Positions 35,525 to 49,439 of a DNA stretch of 64,000 bases are shown piece by piece. Below the pieces are notes generated by a model. It was not told the origin of the DNA. It saw nothing but the letters and a program-made list of their open reading frames with translations, and did no database searches. Made by a program: the position numbers and the translations under genes. The stretch covers positions 34,968,001 to 35,032,000 of the forward strand of contig NC_043007.1 of the NCBI RefSeq assembly GCF_006345805.1. The letters run 5' to 3'. The DNA comes from Octopus sinensis (Eukaryota). How positions within the stretch are numbered: the stretch's first letter is position 1; each line of letters starts with the position of its first letter.

Positions 35525-35900
35525 TCTATATAAACGGCAGTTTGTCTGTGTGTGTTTCTGTGTGTCTGTTTGGTTGTACCCTCACCCTGACCACGGCTTT
35601 CAACCGATTCTGATGAAACTTGACACACACATAGCCCAATGTCATAATTCAAAACTAACGCAGCGAAAATTTTGAAAAGTTCCCCCAGTTCTGAAAAAGA
35701 TCGATAAATTCGACATGGGGTCGAGAATCAGAAACACAAACCACAGACTGTCTAGGGGACGCAACTCGACCTTTTTTAACCAAAAAAAAAATTTACCATA
35801 ATTTTTTTCCATTTTTTGCTATTTTTTGGCTATAACTCTCTAAAAATGCTTTATAGTTATTTCCCTTACAAACCTGAGCAACGCCGGGCGATACTGCTAG
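35525..35900 (+). mobile_element. Non-autonomous Helitron-type element, chimeric
   Basis: 3' about 130 bp shared with 32636-33034; unrelated 5' two-thirds; ends CTAG^T. Confidence 0.8.
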
Positions 35901-36139
35901 TTATACATACATATTAAAACTTTACAGTATACTTACATACATACATACATCTATTCATCGATCTAAAACAACAGGAATACTAAAAGAAGGCCGAAGTTTA
36001 AGAGAAAACTGAGTAGAAATTATTATTATTACCTCAGCCTGAATGGTGAATTTGTTAACTTTGAGTTCTATTAGATAAGGTTAAACTATTTATTACTGTT
36101 ACTAAATTTTCTACAGCCACCTTCATATTCCATCACTAC

Positions 36140-36358
36140 CATTAGGATCGATCAGGTACCGGATAAGGATGCTGGATTATTTTTCCGTTTTTGTTTTTTA
36201 CTTACTTTTTGAGAGCGGTCGGGTTCATTTTTAATATTCTCGTTTGTGAGAGCAGTCGACGTTATTTAAGATATTCTTATTTTAAAAATCTTCTTTGGCT
36301 AATCGTTGAAAGGACATTGGTGTTGCCTTGGCAGAGGTTTGCGCTCTCTGAGTGCTCT
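36140..36358 (+). mobile_element. HINE/DINE-like 3' fragment
   Basis: GGCAGAGGT (inverse of ACCTCCGCC) followed by hairpin GCGCTC-TCT-GAGTGC. Confidence 0.55.
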
Positions 36359-36380
36359 TCTTCTTCTTCTTCTTCTTCTT

Positions 36381-36457
<77 letters not shown>

Positions 36458-36468
36458 CATCGTCGTCG

Positions 36469-36581
<113 letters not shown>

Positions 36582-37536
36582 TTATGTTTGATTTTTTCTT
36601 TACATTTGTACAAGTCTCACCCAGAGACCTCAATGGACAACAAGTTAGAAGTTCATGCTGGTGTTATGCCTAGAGTGCTATATATTTGGTTTTGTACATA
36701 GTATTGTTCTGGAGAATGTTTAAGAAACCATAAGAAAATTATGTGTTTGTTTTAAATTTTGAGATTACGTATAAAGTATATTTTTGAATTTGGGGTTTTC
36801 TGGTATCTGAGCTAGGTAGCAATCAGCCCCTTTTGCTTATCATTCCTAGGGCACCTATGACAACAGGTATTGTTTTAGTCTTCAGGTTCCACATTTTTAC
36901 AATTTCTACTTCAAGATATTTATACTTGCTCAGTTCTTTGGTAGGTCTTGACAGATTCATTTATGTCGATTGGACAGTCATATCAATGAGGAGTCAAGAT
37001 TTTTGTCTGAAGTCATTCAATACGATGTCTGGCCTATTTGCATCTATCTTTCTGTCAGTTTGAATGGTGAAGTTCCAGAGGAGTGAGATATGATCATTTT
37101 CAAGCACTGGTGGTGGTTTGTGTTCCCACCAGTTTTTATCATAGGGCAAGTCCAGGTTTTTGCAGATTACCCAGCGAATATATTGTTCAGCGCTATCATG
37201 CACATGGAGACAACATGATCAATGTTTTCATTTTGTTTTTGACATACACGACATGTTTGGGAAGCTGCTGTTCTTTAACATGTTGGCCTGGTAGTTTCTT
37301 GAGCTGCTATGATAAACCCTTCTGTTTCAAATTTTAAGTCAGAAATCATTAGCCATTGATGGGTAAAGGCTTTGTCAACATAGGCATTATTTGCTCTCTT
37401 TGGGTATTTGCCATTCAGAGGTTTTTCTTGCCATTTGTCAGTAAGAATATCTAAGGCAGCTGTTTTAACACGGTTTTCATGCGCTTAGTTTTTTCTGCGC
37501 TTGTTTCTAGTACGTCTAATTCAGGAATTTGTTGTA

Positions 37537-38780
37537 TCGGGTTGGCAACTAAGTTCACGCCGTTTTTTTAAATTTTGGAATTTATTGCGTTTCTAAATTT
37601 TAGAATCGTCTTTTTTTAATTCTATTTTTGAATCATTTTGGAATCTATTTTGCTTTTTTTTTCTAGTTAATTTTAGTAAATTTTTGTTTATTTTCAGATC
37701 TATAAAATGGAATGTCAACTTAAGAAAAACTAGCATTTTCGACACCTCCCTCTTTTTGGTTTTATAGCAAGGTTCTAAGGCCGCAAAAGCTTCTCGCGAC
37801 ATTTGTGCTGTGTATGGAGAGGGTGCCATAACTGAAAGAACCGCTCGTGATTGGTATGTCAAGTTCAAAAATGGAAATGTTGACCTCAAAGGCGCACCTC
37901 GTTCTGGTCGTTCAGTTGAGTTCGATGAAGAGCGATTAAACCAACTTTTGCACGAAAATTCTCGTCAAACGACAAGGGAACTGACAGAGAAAATGGAATG
38001 CTCCATACTGCTATAGAGAAGCATCTGCACACGATGGGAAATGTTCAGAAAGGTTCATGGGTTCCGCATGATTTAAGTGACAGCAGCAAAAATCAATGAG
38101 CCACATTCTCCGCTGGTTTGCTTACTCGTCACCGCTCAACTCATGGACACAAGCAACGATTTCTTTACCAAATCGTTACTGCCGACGAAAAATGGTGCCT
38201 GTACATCAATATGAAGCAGCGTAAGGAAAGGCTTAGCCTCGGTAAACAAGTGACGCCGCACATGAAACAAGATCTTCATCCGCGTAAAACGATGTTGTGC
38301 GTATGGTGTGACTGGGAAGGGATTATCCATTGCGAATTGCTTGAACGGAACCAAACGGTCAACGCAGCTGTTCAAGAGAAAAGAGCTAATCAGCAGCATG
38401 GAGTTCTTCTGCTGCACGACAACGCCCGCCCTCATATCGCCAATATGACCAAAGAAGCTATTCAAACGCATGGCTGGGAAGTGCTGCCACAGCCGCCGTA
38501 CTCTCCTGATTTGGCACCAACGGATTTCCACTTCTTTCGATCTCTTTCAAATGCTATGCGCGGAGTTTCGTTCAATACTGATGCAGAATTGAGAGCTGGG
38601 TTGGATCAATTTTTCGAGTCGAAATCGGGTGATTTCTACCAACGAGGTATTGAAAATCTTGTTGAACGTTGGGAAGTTGTAAACAACAAGGGTGAATACA
38701 CTATTAATTAGTTGTTAATTTTATTAAAACTTTCAAAATTTTAATTTTAAAAAATGGCGGGAACTTAGTTGCCAACCCAA
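37537..38780 (+). mobile_element. Mariner DNA transposon with both TIRs
   Basis: About 32-bp TIRs (TYGGGTTGGCAACTAAGTTC); TA duplication at 37535-37536 and 38781-38782. Confidence 0.95.
37707..38711 (+). pseudogene. Mariner DD34D transposase, disrupted
   Basis: WVPHDL, TADEKW, HDNARPH, YSPDLAPTD (34 residues between D2 and D3); stops, frameshifts and an internal deletion. Confidence 0.95.
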
Positions 38781-40323
38781 TATTTGGAATTCACTTAGAT
38801 ATTTCTTTGCCTGTTTTGTTACAGAATATGATGCTTTCTTGTTTTCATGTTTTGAGAGAAGTTTTAACACCCACTCCTCAGAGTTTTTCAGGTAGGTGTC
38901 TAGGCCAATTGTGGGAATCTTCATTGTTAATGCCAGTTGTAAAAGTCCACGGCCTCCCTCTTTTCTTGGTAGATAAAGTCATTCTATATCTGCCTTAGGG
39001 TGGTGCATTCTATGCATTGTCAACAGTTTTCGTATTTTTCTGTCACGATTACATATTTCAGTAATGGTTGCTTTTGCAAATTTATCGAGGCTAAGATTCA
39101 TCCTGATGTCATCACTGAATCGTTTAACAATCGCAAATAAGCCCTTGAGTTGTTCGTCATTTTTTGGAAAGATCTTTAAATCATCCATGTAAACGAGATG
39201 ATTTATATTTTTATCAATCATTTTATAACCGTCATTTTATAACATTTTATAACCATCATTGAGCAATTTTGAGAGAGGTAGACAAAAGGCTAGACAAAAG
39301 AGGAGTGGTGATAGCGAGTCACCCTGAAAAATGCCACATGAAAATTTTACATCTACAGTATTTAGAGATTCATTGTCACTGTTGAAAGTCATTGTGGTTC
39401 TCCATGATCTCATACTTACAGACAAACAGTTTTGCAGAGTAGGCGCTATTTTATACATTTCCAGACATTTCTTAATCCAGCTATGTGGTAGACTATCAAA
39501 AGCTTTTTTATAGTCTATCCAGGCTTTTGACAAGTTTTTGTGTTGTTTATGACAATCTTCTAAGATCATCTTATTGGTGATCTTTACAACCATAGCTAAT
39601 CTTTACAACCGCAGCTGATCTTTACAACCATAAAATCCACGTTTACATCCTTTTTGCTCATTAGGGAATATGCGACTTTCTATTAAAAACCTATAGGTAT
39701 ATTCAGTGAGGACAGCTGTTAGTCTTCTATATATTGTTGTTAAGTAGGTTATACATTTTTAGGAAGCAGGAATGTTAAACCATTAACTTGGATGTTGCAA
39801 AACATCGTTGTAAAGTTTTATTAGCAGTTTATGGCTCTTTGGGAAGTTAAGAATTTTATCCTTTCCTGGAGACTTCCATTTGCTTGACCTCCTGAGAGCA
39901 GATCTTACATCCTCTACCTTGACCCCCTCCCACTTTTGCTCCTCTAAGGTGTCTAAGTCTAGATATTCTATCAATCCAAGGAGCCTTTTCATTGTGTGTT
40001 TTTTCTTCTGCCCAAATTTTATTCCAAAACTCCTAGACTTCTTCTTTTGATGGGACAGACTTTACTGTATCTGGTATTTTCCCTAATCCTCCTGTAAACA
40101 ATTTTGGGGGTTATTTTTGAACATGTTGTTGTCTTTGAAGAATCTAATACGCTTTTCATACCTCGCTATGCGGGCAGCTTTAGCACATACCTTTCGCTTG
40201 ATGGTTTCTATGGGTGCATCAATGTCAAATATGGTTTTCATATACTTTTCTTTAATTTTCGAGGTTTGGTAGGTTTGGTAATCTTGTCAAGCTTAAGGTC
40301 TTTCAAACATTCTATGTCATACC

Positions 40324-40390
<67 letters not shown>

Positions 40391-40391
<1 letters not shown>

Positions 40392-42187
40392 GTTTTTTCC
40401 TTCTTTCTTCAAATTTTCTTCCGTTTCTCGTCGAGTGTTTTCCGTACACCTAGGGCAGAGAAACTCATTGTATGCATTCCCAGATTACACACGCAAATTC
40501 ACAGGTAAAATATGTATTCCAAAAATTAATAAATAAATAAATTCATGAATGGATGTTGTTTTTACAGCGATAATGCTCTTCTCAGTACATGAGCCCTTCC
40601 AGTTAACACGATTTTTTGCACTTCCTGTAGGGATGGTAAGCCTGGTATCATTTTCAAATAGGCTTCAGTACCTTTTTTTTTATCATTCCTAGAGATCCTA
40701 CAATCACTGGTACTGTAGTCGCCTTGAGATGCCACAATTTTTCAATTTCTATTAGCAAGTCTTTATATTTACTGATCTTGTCAAATTCTTTCGCTGCTAT
40801 ATTGTGATCGCAAGGAATACTCATGTCAATTAATAAACACATCCTTTTTGTATTATCTTTTATAATAATATCCGGTTTATTAGCTTTTATAGTTTTGTCG
40901 GTATGTACGGTCCAATAGAATCGACACATTTTCTCCCTCAGTCACAGCTTCAGGATGGTGTTTATACGATTTGTCAGCGATTTTGATTTTATAATGCCGA
41001 CATATTGTCCAGTGTAAATACTGGCCGACTCTGTCATGTCTTGCATTATATTTTACAGGTGCTAAGACTCTACACCCTGAGATTAGGTGGTCTATAGTTT
41101 CAATCTCATCGTTGCAGAATCGGCATTTTGGGTCAGCTCCATTTTTTATCACATTGGCTTGGTAGTTCCGGGTTAATAAGCTTTGGTCTTGAGCAGCTAA
41201 TATGAAACCTTCACTCTCCGCTTTTAACCCTGAGCTTCGTAACCATTAGTGCGTGTGTTTCTGGTCGACATCAGCTTGTTTGCTACGGGCCACATACTTG
41301 CCATGCAGAGGTTTCTGTTCCCATCTGCTAGCTAATTTTTCATGCGCTTTTGTCTTTGCAATTAATTTTATTTTTTTTTTGCATTTCCTTCAAGCTGATC
41401 AATCTGGTAGGTATCTAAGAGATCAGTAGCGAGTTTTTTGCTCTCTTTCAGAATAGAGTGAAGTTTTTTCGGTCTTTCATGTTTTTCAACATGTTTTAGC
41501 ATCCAATCGTTGGTTGCTTCAAGGTATTTGGCCAGTCTGATTGTGGTGGATTTGTACGTAAATTCAAGCTGGATCAGACCTCGACCTCCCTAAGCTCTGG
41601 GGAGGTAAAGACGATCCACGTCTGCCTTGAGATGGTGCATCTTATTACAAGTCAGTAGCTTGCGGATTTTACTGTCAATTTACATTATTTCACTGGTATT
41701 CCAGTTAAGGACATTGAAGCTATAAAGGACAACTGGGACTGCTAAGGAATTTATGGCTAACACCTTATTATATGCATTCAGCTCAGACTTCAGGATGGCT
41801 CGAACTCTTCTATAACATTCCTTCCTAACTTTCTCTTTCATGCTTGCATGCTGGATACCAGAGCCTTAATTTATTCCTAGGTATTTATAGGTTTATTTCT
41901 GCCCAAGTTCCTTTATTACTGTTTCGACATCTAATTCGACTGAACTTGACTTTACCAATTTCCCTTTCTTAAAAGTAGCTTTGGCACACTTTCCAAGGCC
42001 AAACTCCATCCCGATATCATCACTGAATCCTTTCACAGTATATAAGAGTCCTTCTAGCTCTTCATCATCTTTGCCATATAGTTTTAAATCATCCATATAA
42101 AATAGATGGCTTATTTTCCTGTTATCAATTTTGTAGCCATAACCTGTTCTATTCAGTTCACTTGAGAGTGGTATTAGTGCTATGCAG

Positions 42188-42188
<1 letters not shown>
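40391..42188 (-). pseudogene. R4/Dong LINE 3' half (family B)
   Basis: YMDDLKLY, CRFCNDEIETIDHLISGC, ANKPDII; (TAA)n on both sides. Confidence 0.9.
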
Positions 42189-42246
<58 letters not shown>

Positions 42247-42250
<4 letters not shown>

Positions 42251-45200
42251 TAGTATATTTTTTATATCGTGCTTTCACTTCACTACCGAGTGCAGCTCTG
42301 TGTGCCTCGGGTATGTGCTGTGATTTGTTGTGATACTCTGAGGGTTATTGTATGGAAAGTGTTCTGCGTAGGATGTGTGCAGTGCCTAGTAGTGCAATTT
42401 TCTGTATGTTATATGTCTGTAAGTCCGTGTTTTTGTTGTTATGTATTGTCTGAAATTTTTTTATCATGCCTAATGCACCTATTATGATAGGAATTGTTTC
42501 TGTTTTTAGATTCCACATTCTGGTTACCTCTTTCCAGGTCTTTGTATTTTGAAAGTTTCTCCATTTCTTTTAGAGACACGTGTCATCCGCTGGTATTGAT
42601 GAACATCAATTAGAAAACATTTTTTTCTTATGATCTCTGACAACTATATCTGGTCTGTTGGCCTTAATTTCTCTATCTGTGTGTATTGGCATATCCCAGA
42701 GTATGGTTGCTTTCTCGTTTTCTGTGACCTTTTCTGGTGTGTACCTATACCATCTTTTTTTGTGTTGTTATTCCATAATGCTGGCATAGTTTCCGGTGTA
42801 TATAGGTCCCAACTCTGTCGTGTCTGCGAATATATTCCTTCTTAGCCAGGACTGGGCAGCCAGAGATAATATGATTTATTGTTTCTTGTCCATCACATAT
42901 TCTGCAGTTACTTGTTATATTTCTTTTCATTACATGTTTTTGGTAATTTCTGGTGGGGAGGCTTTGGTCTTGTGCTGCAATTAAAAATCCTTCTGTCTCT
43001 GCTTTGAGTCCTGAGCTTCTCAACCATTGTTGGGATTTTTCTTTGTCTATTTCTTTTGCATTTAGATTAGTCCAGTATTTGCCATGCAGGGGCTTTTCTT
43101 GCCATCGTTTTATCATAATTCGTTGCTGTTCAATTTTTAGTTTGGATTTCATTTGTTTTATAGCTTTTGTTGTTTCTTCTTCTTCTTCTTCTTCTTCTTC
43201 TTCTTCTTCTTCTTCTTCTTCTTCTTCTTCTTCTTCTTCTTCTTCTTCTTCTTCTTCTTCTTCTTCTTCTTCTTCTTCTTCTTCTTCTTCTTCTTCTTCT
43301 TCTTCTTCTTCTTCTTCATATTTGTTAGGTGGTATGATTCTTGTTTGTATTTGTCAGCTTCCTTAAATACTGAGAACAGTTTTTTGTTTGCTCGCGTTTT
43401 GCCGCTATTTGTATCAGTTTTCCTTCCTTCTGAAGTAGATATTTTTGCAGTCCTATGGTGGTTATTTTATAGTAGTTTTCCAGCTGTATAAGGCCTCTAC
43501 CACCATCTATACGTTGTATATATAGTCTTTCTATGTCAGATTTTGGGTGATACATCCTAGATCCTGTCGTTATTTGTCTTGTTTTCCTATCTATTTTGGT
43601 CAGTTCATTTAGTGTCCAGTTAAGGATAGTGTAGCTGTAACTTATAACTGGGACGGCTAGAGTGTTGATACCTATTATCTTGGTTTTAGCATTGAGCTCT
43701 GTTTTCAGTATTGATCTAACTCGTCTATAATATTCTTTTTTTATTTTCTCTTTCATTTGTGTGTGTTGTGTTTTATCTAGTTCATGGATTCCTAAGTATT
43801 TGTAAGTTTGGCTTTGGTCTAATTCTTTTATTTCATTGGTTTTATCTAGTGTGATGTTGCTACTCTTAACTAGTTTTCCTCTTTTCAGGGTTACTTTGGC
43901 GCATTTCTCTAATCCAAATTTCATATCTATTTCTTTGGTAAATCCATGAACTGTCTTTAGTAGTGTTTCCAGCTGTTTGTCATTTGTAGCGTATAGTTTT
44001 AGGTCATCCATATATAAAATGTGGCTGATCTTTTTACCGTAACATTTATATCCGCATCCAGTTCTGTTTAGCATATCCGATAGAGGTGACAGTGCCAAGC
44101 AGAAAAGGAGTGGAGAGAGCGTATCTCCCTGGAATATTCCTCTTCTAATGGGGATGGCTTTGGTTTTCACAAGTCCCTCTTTTGTTTGGAGCTGTAGCAC
44201 TGTTTGCCATTTATTCATAGAGTGTCCTATGTACTTTATAATTGTTGGTGCAACTTTGTTCATGGCTAGTGTTTCGAGAATCCATGTGTGGAGGATGCTA
44301 TCAAACGCCTTTTTGTAGTCGATCCAGACTATACTGAGGCCTTTCGTCTTTCTGTGGCTGTCTTCAGTTATTGCTTTATTGATCATTAGTTGATCTTTAC
44401 AGCCATATGAGCCTTTGCGGCATCCTTTCTGCTCTTCTGGAAACAGGTTGTTTTCGTCCAGGTGCTTGTTCAATCTTTGCGATATTACTGCAGTAAATGC
44501 TTTGTACATAGTAGGGAGACAAGTTATAGGTCTGTAGTTTTCTGGTTTTGCTGTCTCATTTGATTTGGGAATTAAGATGGTTTTCCCTTCGTGAGCCATT
44601 CAGGCATTGATCTGACTCTGCCAGTAGTATGTTGTTAAATTTTCAGCCAGTTTTTGTGCATTCCTGTTAGATATTTCAACCAGAAGTTGGGGATCTTGTC
44701 ATGCCCAGGTGCCTTCCAGTTGCTTAGTCTTTGCAGTGCCTGGGTGACCTCTTCAGTTGTTATGGAGGTCCAAAGTTGCTCAGATGCTGAGTTTGTTGTT
44801 TTAATACTCCATTTTTTTTGGTTGTTCGTTCGCCGACCATATTTCTCTCCAGAATTCTTCCACTTCTTCTACCGTTGGTGCTGCAGTGATTTCTATTTTA
44901 TTTTTGCCAAGTTCTTGGTAGAACTTTTTGGGGTTGGAGTTGAACTGTTTGTTTTGTTCAAAGAAACGTTGGCGTTTCTCGTACCGGCGGATCCTTTGTG
45001 CTTGGCAAGGATATCTTGCTTTAGCTTTTCTTTTATCTCATGTAAATCTTTTACTGTGGTGTGTTGTATTTGCGGGTATTTTTGTTTTCTTTTTGTTGCT
45101 CAGTAGCGTTGATTGTCTACTGATTTCATTAAGAATCGACAGATCTTTTCTCATTTTTTGTATTTTGTTTTGGATGATTTATCCACAGGGTTTGTTTGGG

Positions 45201-45844
45201 TGGTGGTACTCCTGTTTGGATGGGTTTGAGTGAGTATCCAGCTTCTTGTGGCTGCTGCAGTGGCTGCTGCGTATACTAAGTCATTAGCTCAGTGATATCG
45301 CTTTTTGTTTCAGTGGCTATTAGTTCCGTGACGGCTAGGTTTATGTTTTTTATAATTGAAGTTGTTGTTTTGTCTATTTTGATTTTGGGATGTGGTCGGT
45401 GGTCCATTTTGAGCTCTGTGGTTTTCAGTTCTTTGATTATTCTACTTTTATAGTTCATAATCATTAGGCTCCCCTTCGTTGTTTCCAGGTTTTAGATTTG
45501 TGTCACTTCTATCTCATCTGTATGTTTGTTTGTCGTGTTTTGGCTTGCTGTTTGTTGTGTATTATTATGTATCCTACGGTCTGGGTTGTTGTTTTTTGTT
45601 ACATCGTTTGTTGGAAATGGAATGTTACGTTTGTCTTCGTGTTTTACTGTTTCAGTGTTTATATTATTGGCATTGTGTGTGGCTTCTATCTACATTTTCC
45701 TGGTGTGTTGTTTTTTTTAAATGTTCTATTTCTATTTCTGATATTTTTTTTCGTTGAGAATATATCTCCGTATATTTGCTAGTTTATTAGGGTTCAATGT
45801 TGTATCCAGGTCTTTATTTATGTTATTTTTCTTCCATATTGGCA

Positions 45845-45846
<2 letters not shown>
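42247..45846 (-). pseudogene. R4/Dong LINE, near full length (family A)
   Basis: LANIRRYI N-terminus; 424-aa RT ORF 43325-44599 (NYRPITCL, IDYKKAFDS, IFQGDTLSP, YMDDLK); CCHC finger; RLE region; (TAA)n flanks. Confidence 0.95.
43174..43317 (-). repeat. Pure (GAA)48 inside the Dong ORF
   Basis: Frame reads PPNKY-E48-TTKAIKQMKSKL. Confidence 0.95.
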
Positions 45847-45907
<61 letters not shown>

Positions 45908-45927
45908 CATTATTACTATTACTATTA

Positions 45928-45960
<33 letters not shown>

Positions 45961-45992
45961 GATCATCATCATTATTATAATTATTATCATTA

Positions 45993-46079
45993 TTGTCTTT
46001 GCACAGCTTCTAACGCTGGACATATAATACGGTGTCAGCTGTTCACTACCAGAGAACCAAAGTAACACACCTTATTTTA

Positions 46080-46115
<36 letters not shown>

Positions 46116-46136
46116 GTAGTAGTAGTAGTAGTAGTA

Positions 46137-46171
<35 letters not shown>

Positions 46172-46292
46172 TTGTCTTTGCACAGCTTCTAACATTGGAC
46201 ATATAATACGGTGCCAGCTGTCCCCTACCAGAGAACCAAGTAACACATTGTTTTATTATCATTATTATGCTTATTATTATTATTATTATTAT

Positions 46293-46330
<38 letters not shown>

Positions 46331-46660
46331 CATAATTATTGTCTTTGACAGCTTCTAACGCTGGACATATAATACGGTGCCAGCTGTTCACTACCAGCGA
46401 ACCAAAGTAACACCCCTTATTTTTCGAGCACCATCTGGAGTATTCGAGAGTTTCCAAGCAGTGCTGTTTTCCGCGAGTATTCCGCTCTTATTTGCAGGCC
46501 TGATTTCTTCCATGTACTTCTCAAGATTTTTCCTCACTGTTCCCAGGGCTCCGACAATTGTTGGTACTACTACCACCTTTTTCAGCGACCACAACAACTT
46601 AACCTCCCAAGCTAACCTGTCATATCTATCGACTTTTCTTTCTTCCTTATCGCATACCTT
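45993..46660 (-). mobile_element. Three stacked 3' stubs of a Dong family E relative
   Basis: Stubs at 45993-46078, 46172-46247 and 46339-46660 share the same 3' end; separated only by TAA/TAG repeats. Confidence 0.85.
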
Positions 46661-47111
46661 ACATTATTATTTTTTTATTGTTGTTGTTGTTGTTGTTGTT
46701 TTTGTTGTTATTATTATTATTATTATTATTACTATTATTATTATTACTATCATCATCATTCAGCATTTAACAATTCCAGGAAAATTTCTACAGCATCACA
46801 TGTATGCTCTTTTTTGCTGTTGTGAGAGTCCAATTTCGGTATTGTACGAAATTTCTAAAACATTTACAAAACTTCAGTATATACAACGTTTTTAACTTAT
46901 TTCTTTGGAATATATATATGGAGAGTTTCTGTATACAACATACAATTGACGATGTGAGAAACAGCCCTCTTCTTGAAGGAAACCGACAACCTGCAGCATT
47001 TGATCTTGGTACTTGTTAATGGTCAGTGCTTAACTGACTCTGACTGGGAATTGCAATCGTTTGCAACGGAAGGGACGGGACATCTGTTGGTATTAGTAGT
47101 ATCCTTTTTCG

Positions 47112-49399
47112 GAGTGGATTTGGTAGACGGAAACTGAAAGAAGCCCGCGTGTATATATATATATATTTTTTTTTATATATATATATATGTATATATGATT
47201 GATTGATTGATTCTAGTTTCAGCTCACGAGCTGTGGCCATGCTGGGGCACCGCCATTTTGTTGTTGCTACATGGTTTTACTTCACGAATGCTTTTAGCAA
47301 CTGCCATTTGGTGCATGAGAGAGTTCGATGCAGCTGCCCTCATCTGCACCTCCTGCCGTGAAGTTGGTTCATCTGGGATTCCTGACAAGAAGAGATCCAG
47401 TTTCATTTTAAAGACATCTGCATCCACCCATGCAGGTCTCTTAGGTTCTTCGGGAGGATATGAAGAGCTGTGGGGCCTCGGAAGCCCAGGCTCTCACAGT
47501 ATTTGTCCTACATCTTGATGGCAAATTTGGAGTCCTTGGCACCACGCGGTGGCGCCCAGTTCTGGCATTTGTGTAACTCTCAATGCCAAAGTTTGAGACA
47601 AGTCCTTCCAGGATCTTCCAGATGTATATTATGGCATATCTTTCCGCCTACGCTCCAAGGAATAGAGTTTTAATCTCTTGAGTCTTTCCCAGTAGCTTAT
47701 ATGCTGCACAGAGGCTATCTTTTCGTTCGTGTAGCTACGTTGGATCGCCTCAAGTTCTGTGATCAACTTACACTGGATGGTGACCATAGCTGAGAGCAAT
47801 AATCAAAGTGGCTTAGGACAAGTGTCCTCCAGAGGACCATCATGGTTTCTTGTTCTCTTGTTCTAAAGGTTCTGAGAATCCATCCGGCCAGTCGTCTACA
47901 TTTCATTGCCAATTTAGCAACATGTACACGAAAGGTTGCGTCATCATCATGTAAATACCCAGGTCACGCACTGATTGTGCCTCTGGGATTGCAATTCCTC
48001 CGGGTCCAGTGTATTCATTGGGTATTGCATTTAGTTTTGCATGCTGATAGCATAAAGCTTGAAACTTTTCAGCATTGAACTGCATGCTATTCTTTTCAGC
48101 CCACTTGTATATTTTGTCCAGCTCACATTGCAGGCGTTTAGTGTCCTCAGGGTTCTGTATTGCCTGTGAAACTTTTGTATCATCTGCATAATTGTGATCG
48201 TGGCTCTCTGCGTGGCTGAGGGCATGTCTGAGAGGGCCATTATGAACAGTAGTGGTCCCAAAACAGTGCCCTGCGGAACACCGCTCACTATTTGCGTGTT
48301 AATGGAAGTGGCCCCATTGGCTACTACCACCTGACTTCTATCTTTCAGAAAATCATGAAGCCATTCTCCCAGTTTTCCAACTATGCTAAGATCACGCAGT
48401 TTGTGACATATCATTCCATGATCGACTTTATCAAAGGCCTTTGCAAAGTCGAGATATATCACTTCCACATTTGAGTGGTTGAGCAGTCGTTTCAGCACCC
48501 AGTCATAGTGTTGTAGGAGCTGAGTTAAGCAGCTTCTTCTGGTCGGAAACCATGTTGGGTGTCAGGCAGCAAGTCATTTTCTTCAAGGAAGGTGATCAGT
48601 TTCCTTCTGACTATTCGTTCCATGACCTTGCTGATGTGTGAGGTCAGAGAGATAGGTCTGTAGATCTTGGCCTCCGCTCTGCTACCTCCTTTATGAATGG
48701 GGCATATTTTACCTTCCTTCAGTTTTCTTGGAAGTTTGCCAGCTGAAAGAGGAACTGCAGTGGTCTTGTTAGGACTCTCTTACATACTTTTAGGAGGATT
48801 GCCGGGAATCCATCGGGGCCAGTAGCTGAGTCTGTTTTCATTTCATCTATAGCCTTTATTACATCGTCTTCCTTTATATCGATGTAATCTATCGTAGCTG
48901 CCTCCGATTTTATATCTGCAGTGGTAAAGAAGTCAGTTGGATTGGTGATTTGGAAATGCCCAAGGGGTGGAGTGAAAACACTCTTGAATTGCTCATTCAG
49001 TATTTCACTTACCCTCATTGGATTTCCTGTGAGTGTGCCATCCTTTTCAAGGAGTGGCCCTATCCTACAGTGCACCGTAGCTGTTTCTTTGGCATACCTG
49101 TAGAAAGCTCTGGGGTTAGATTTTATGTTGTCTATAGCCCAGGCTTCTTTGTCTGCTCTTTCCTTTTCATGGGAGAGTTGCAGACTTTTCACTGCTTTCA
49201 ATTTGTTTGTTTAGGCGATTTGAAATTTTTGTACGACGTCTCATTAAAATTTTCCTCTCTCTGGGGATTTTGTTCTTGCGTACAGTGGCCTTTCTCTCTG
49301 GGACACATTTGTAGCATATGGCTTGCATTACAGACATGAATTGTTGAAGTTTCACGTCGATGTCTGGCGAGGAGAGACATTCAGGCCAGTTTTGTTTGA

Positions 49400-49439
<40 letters not shown>

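Larger units (their letters stand above)
36582..40325 (-). pseudogene. R4/Dong LINE (family C) with nested mariner
   Basis: AWIDYKKAFDS, IFQGDSLSPLLFC, YMDDLK, ANRPDIV; reading LSEFQI|QQIPEL continues across the mariner. Confidence 0.9.

Noticed and set aside
43325-44599. 424-aa RT ORF as an active retrotransposon gene
   Set aside because: Frameshift near 43390 and stops or frameshifts upstream of 44600 break the single long ORF; treated as a pseudogene.
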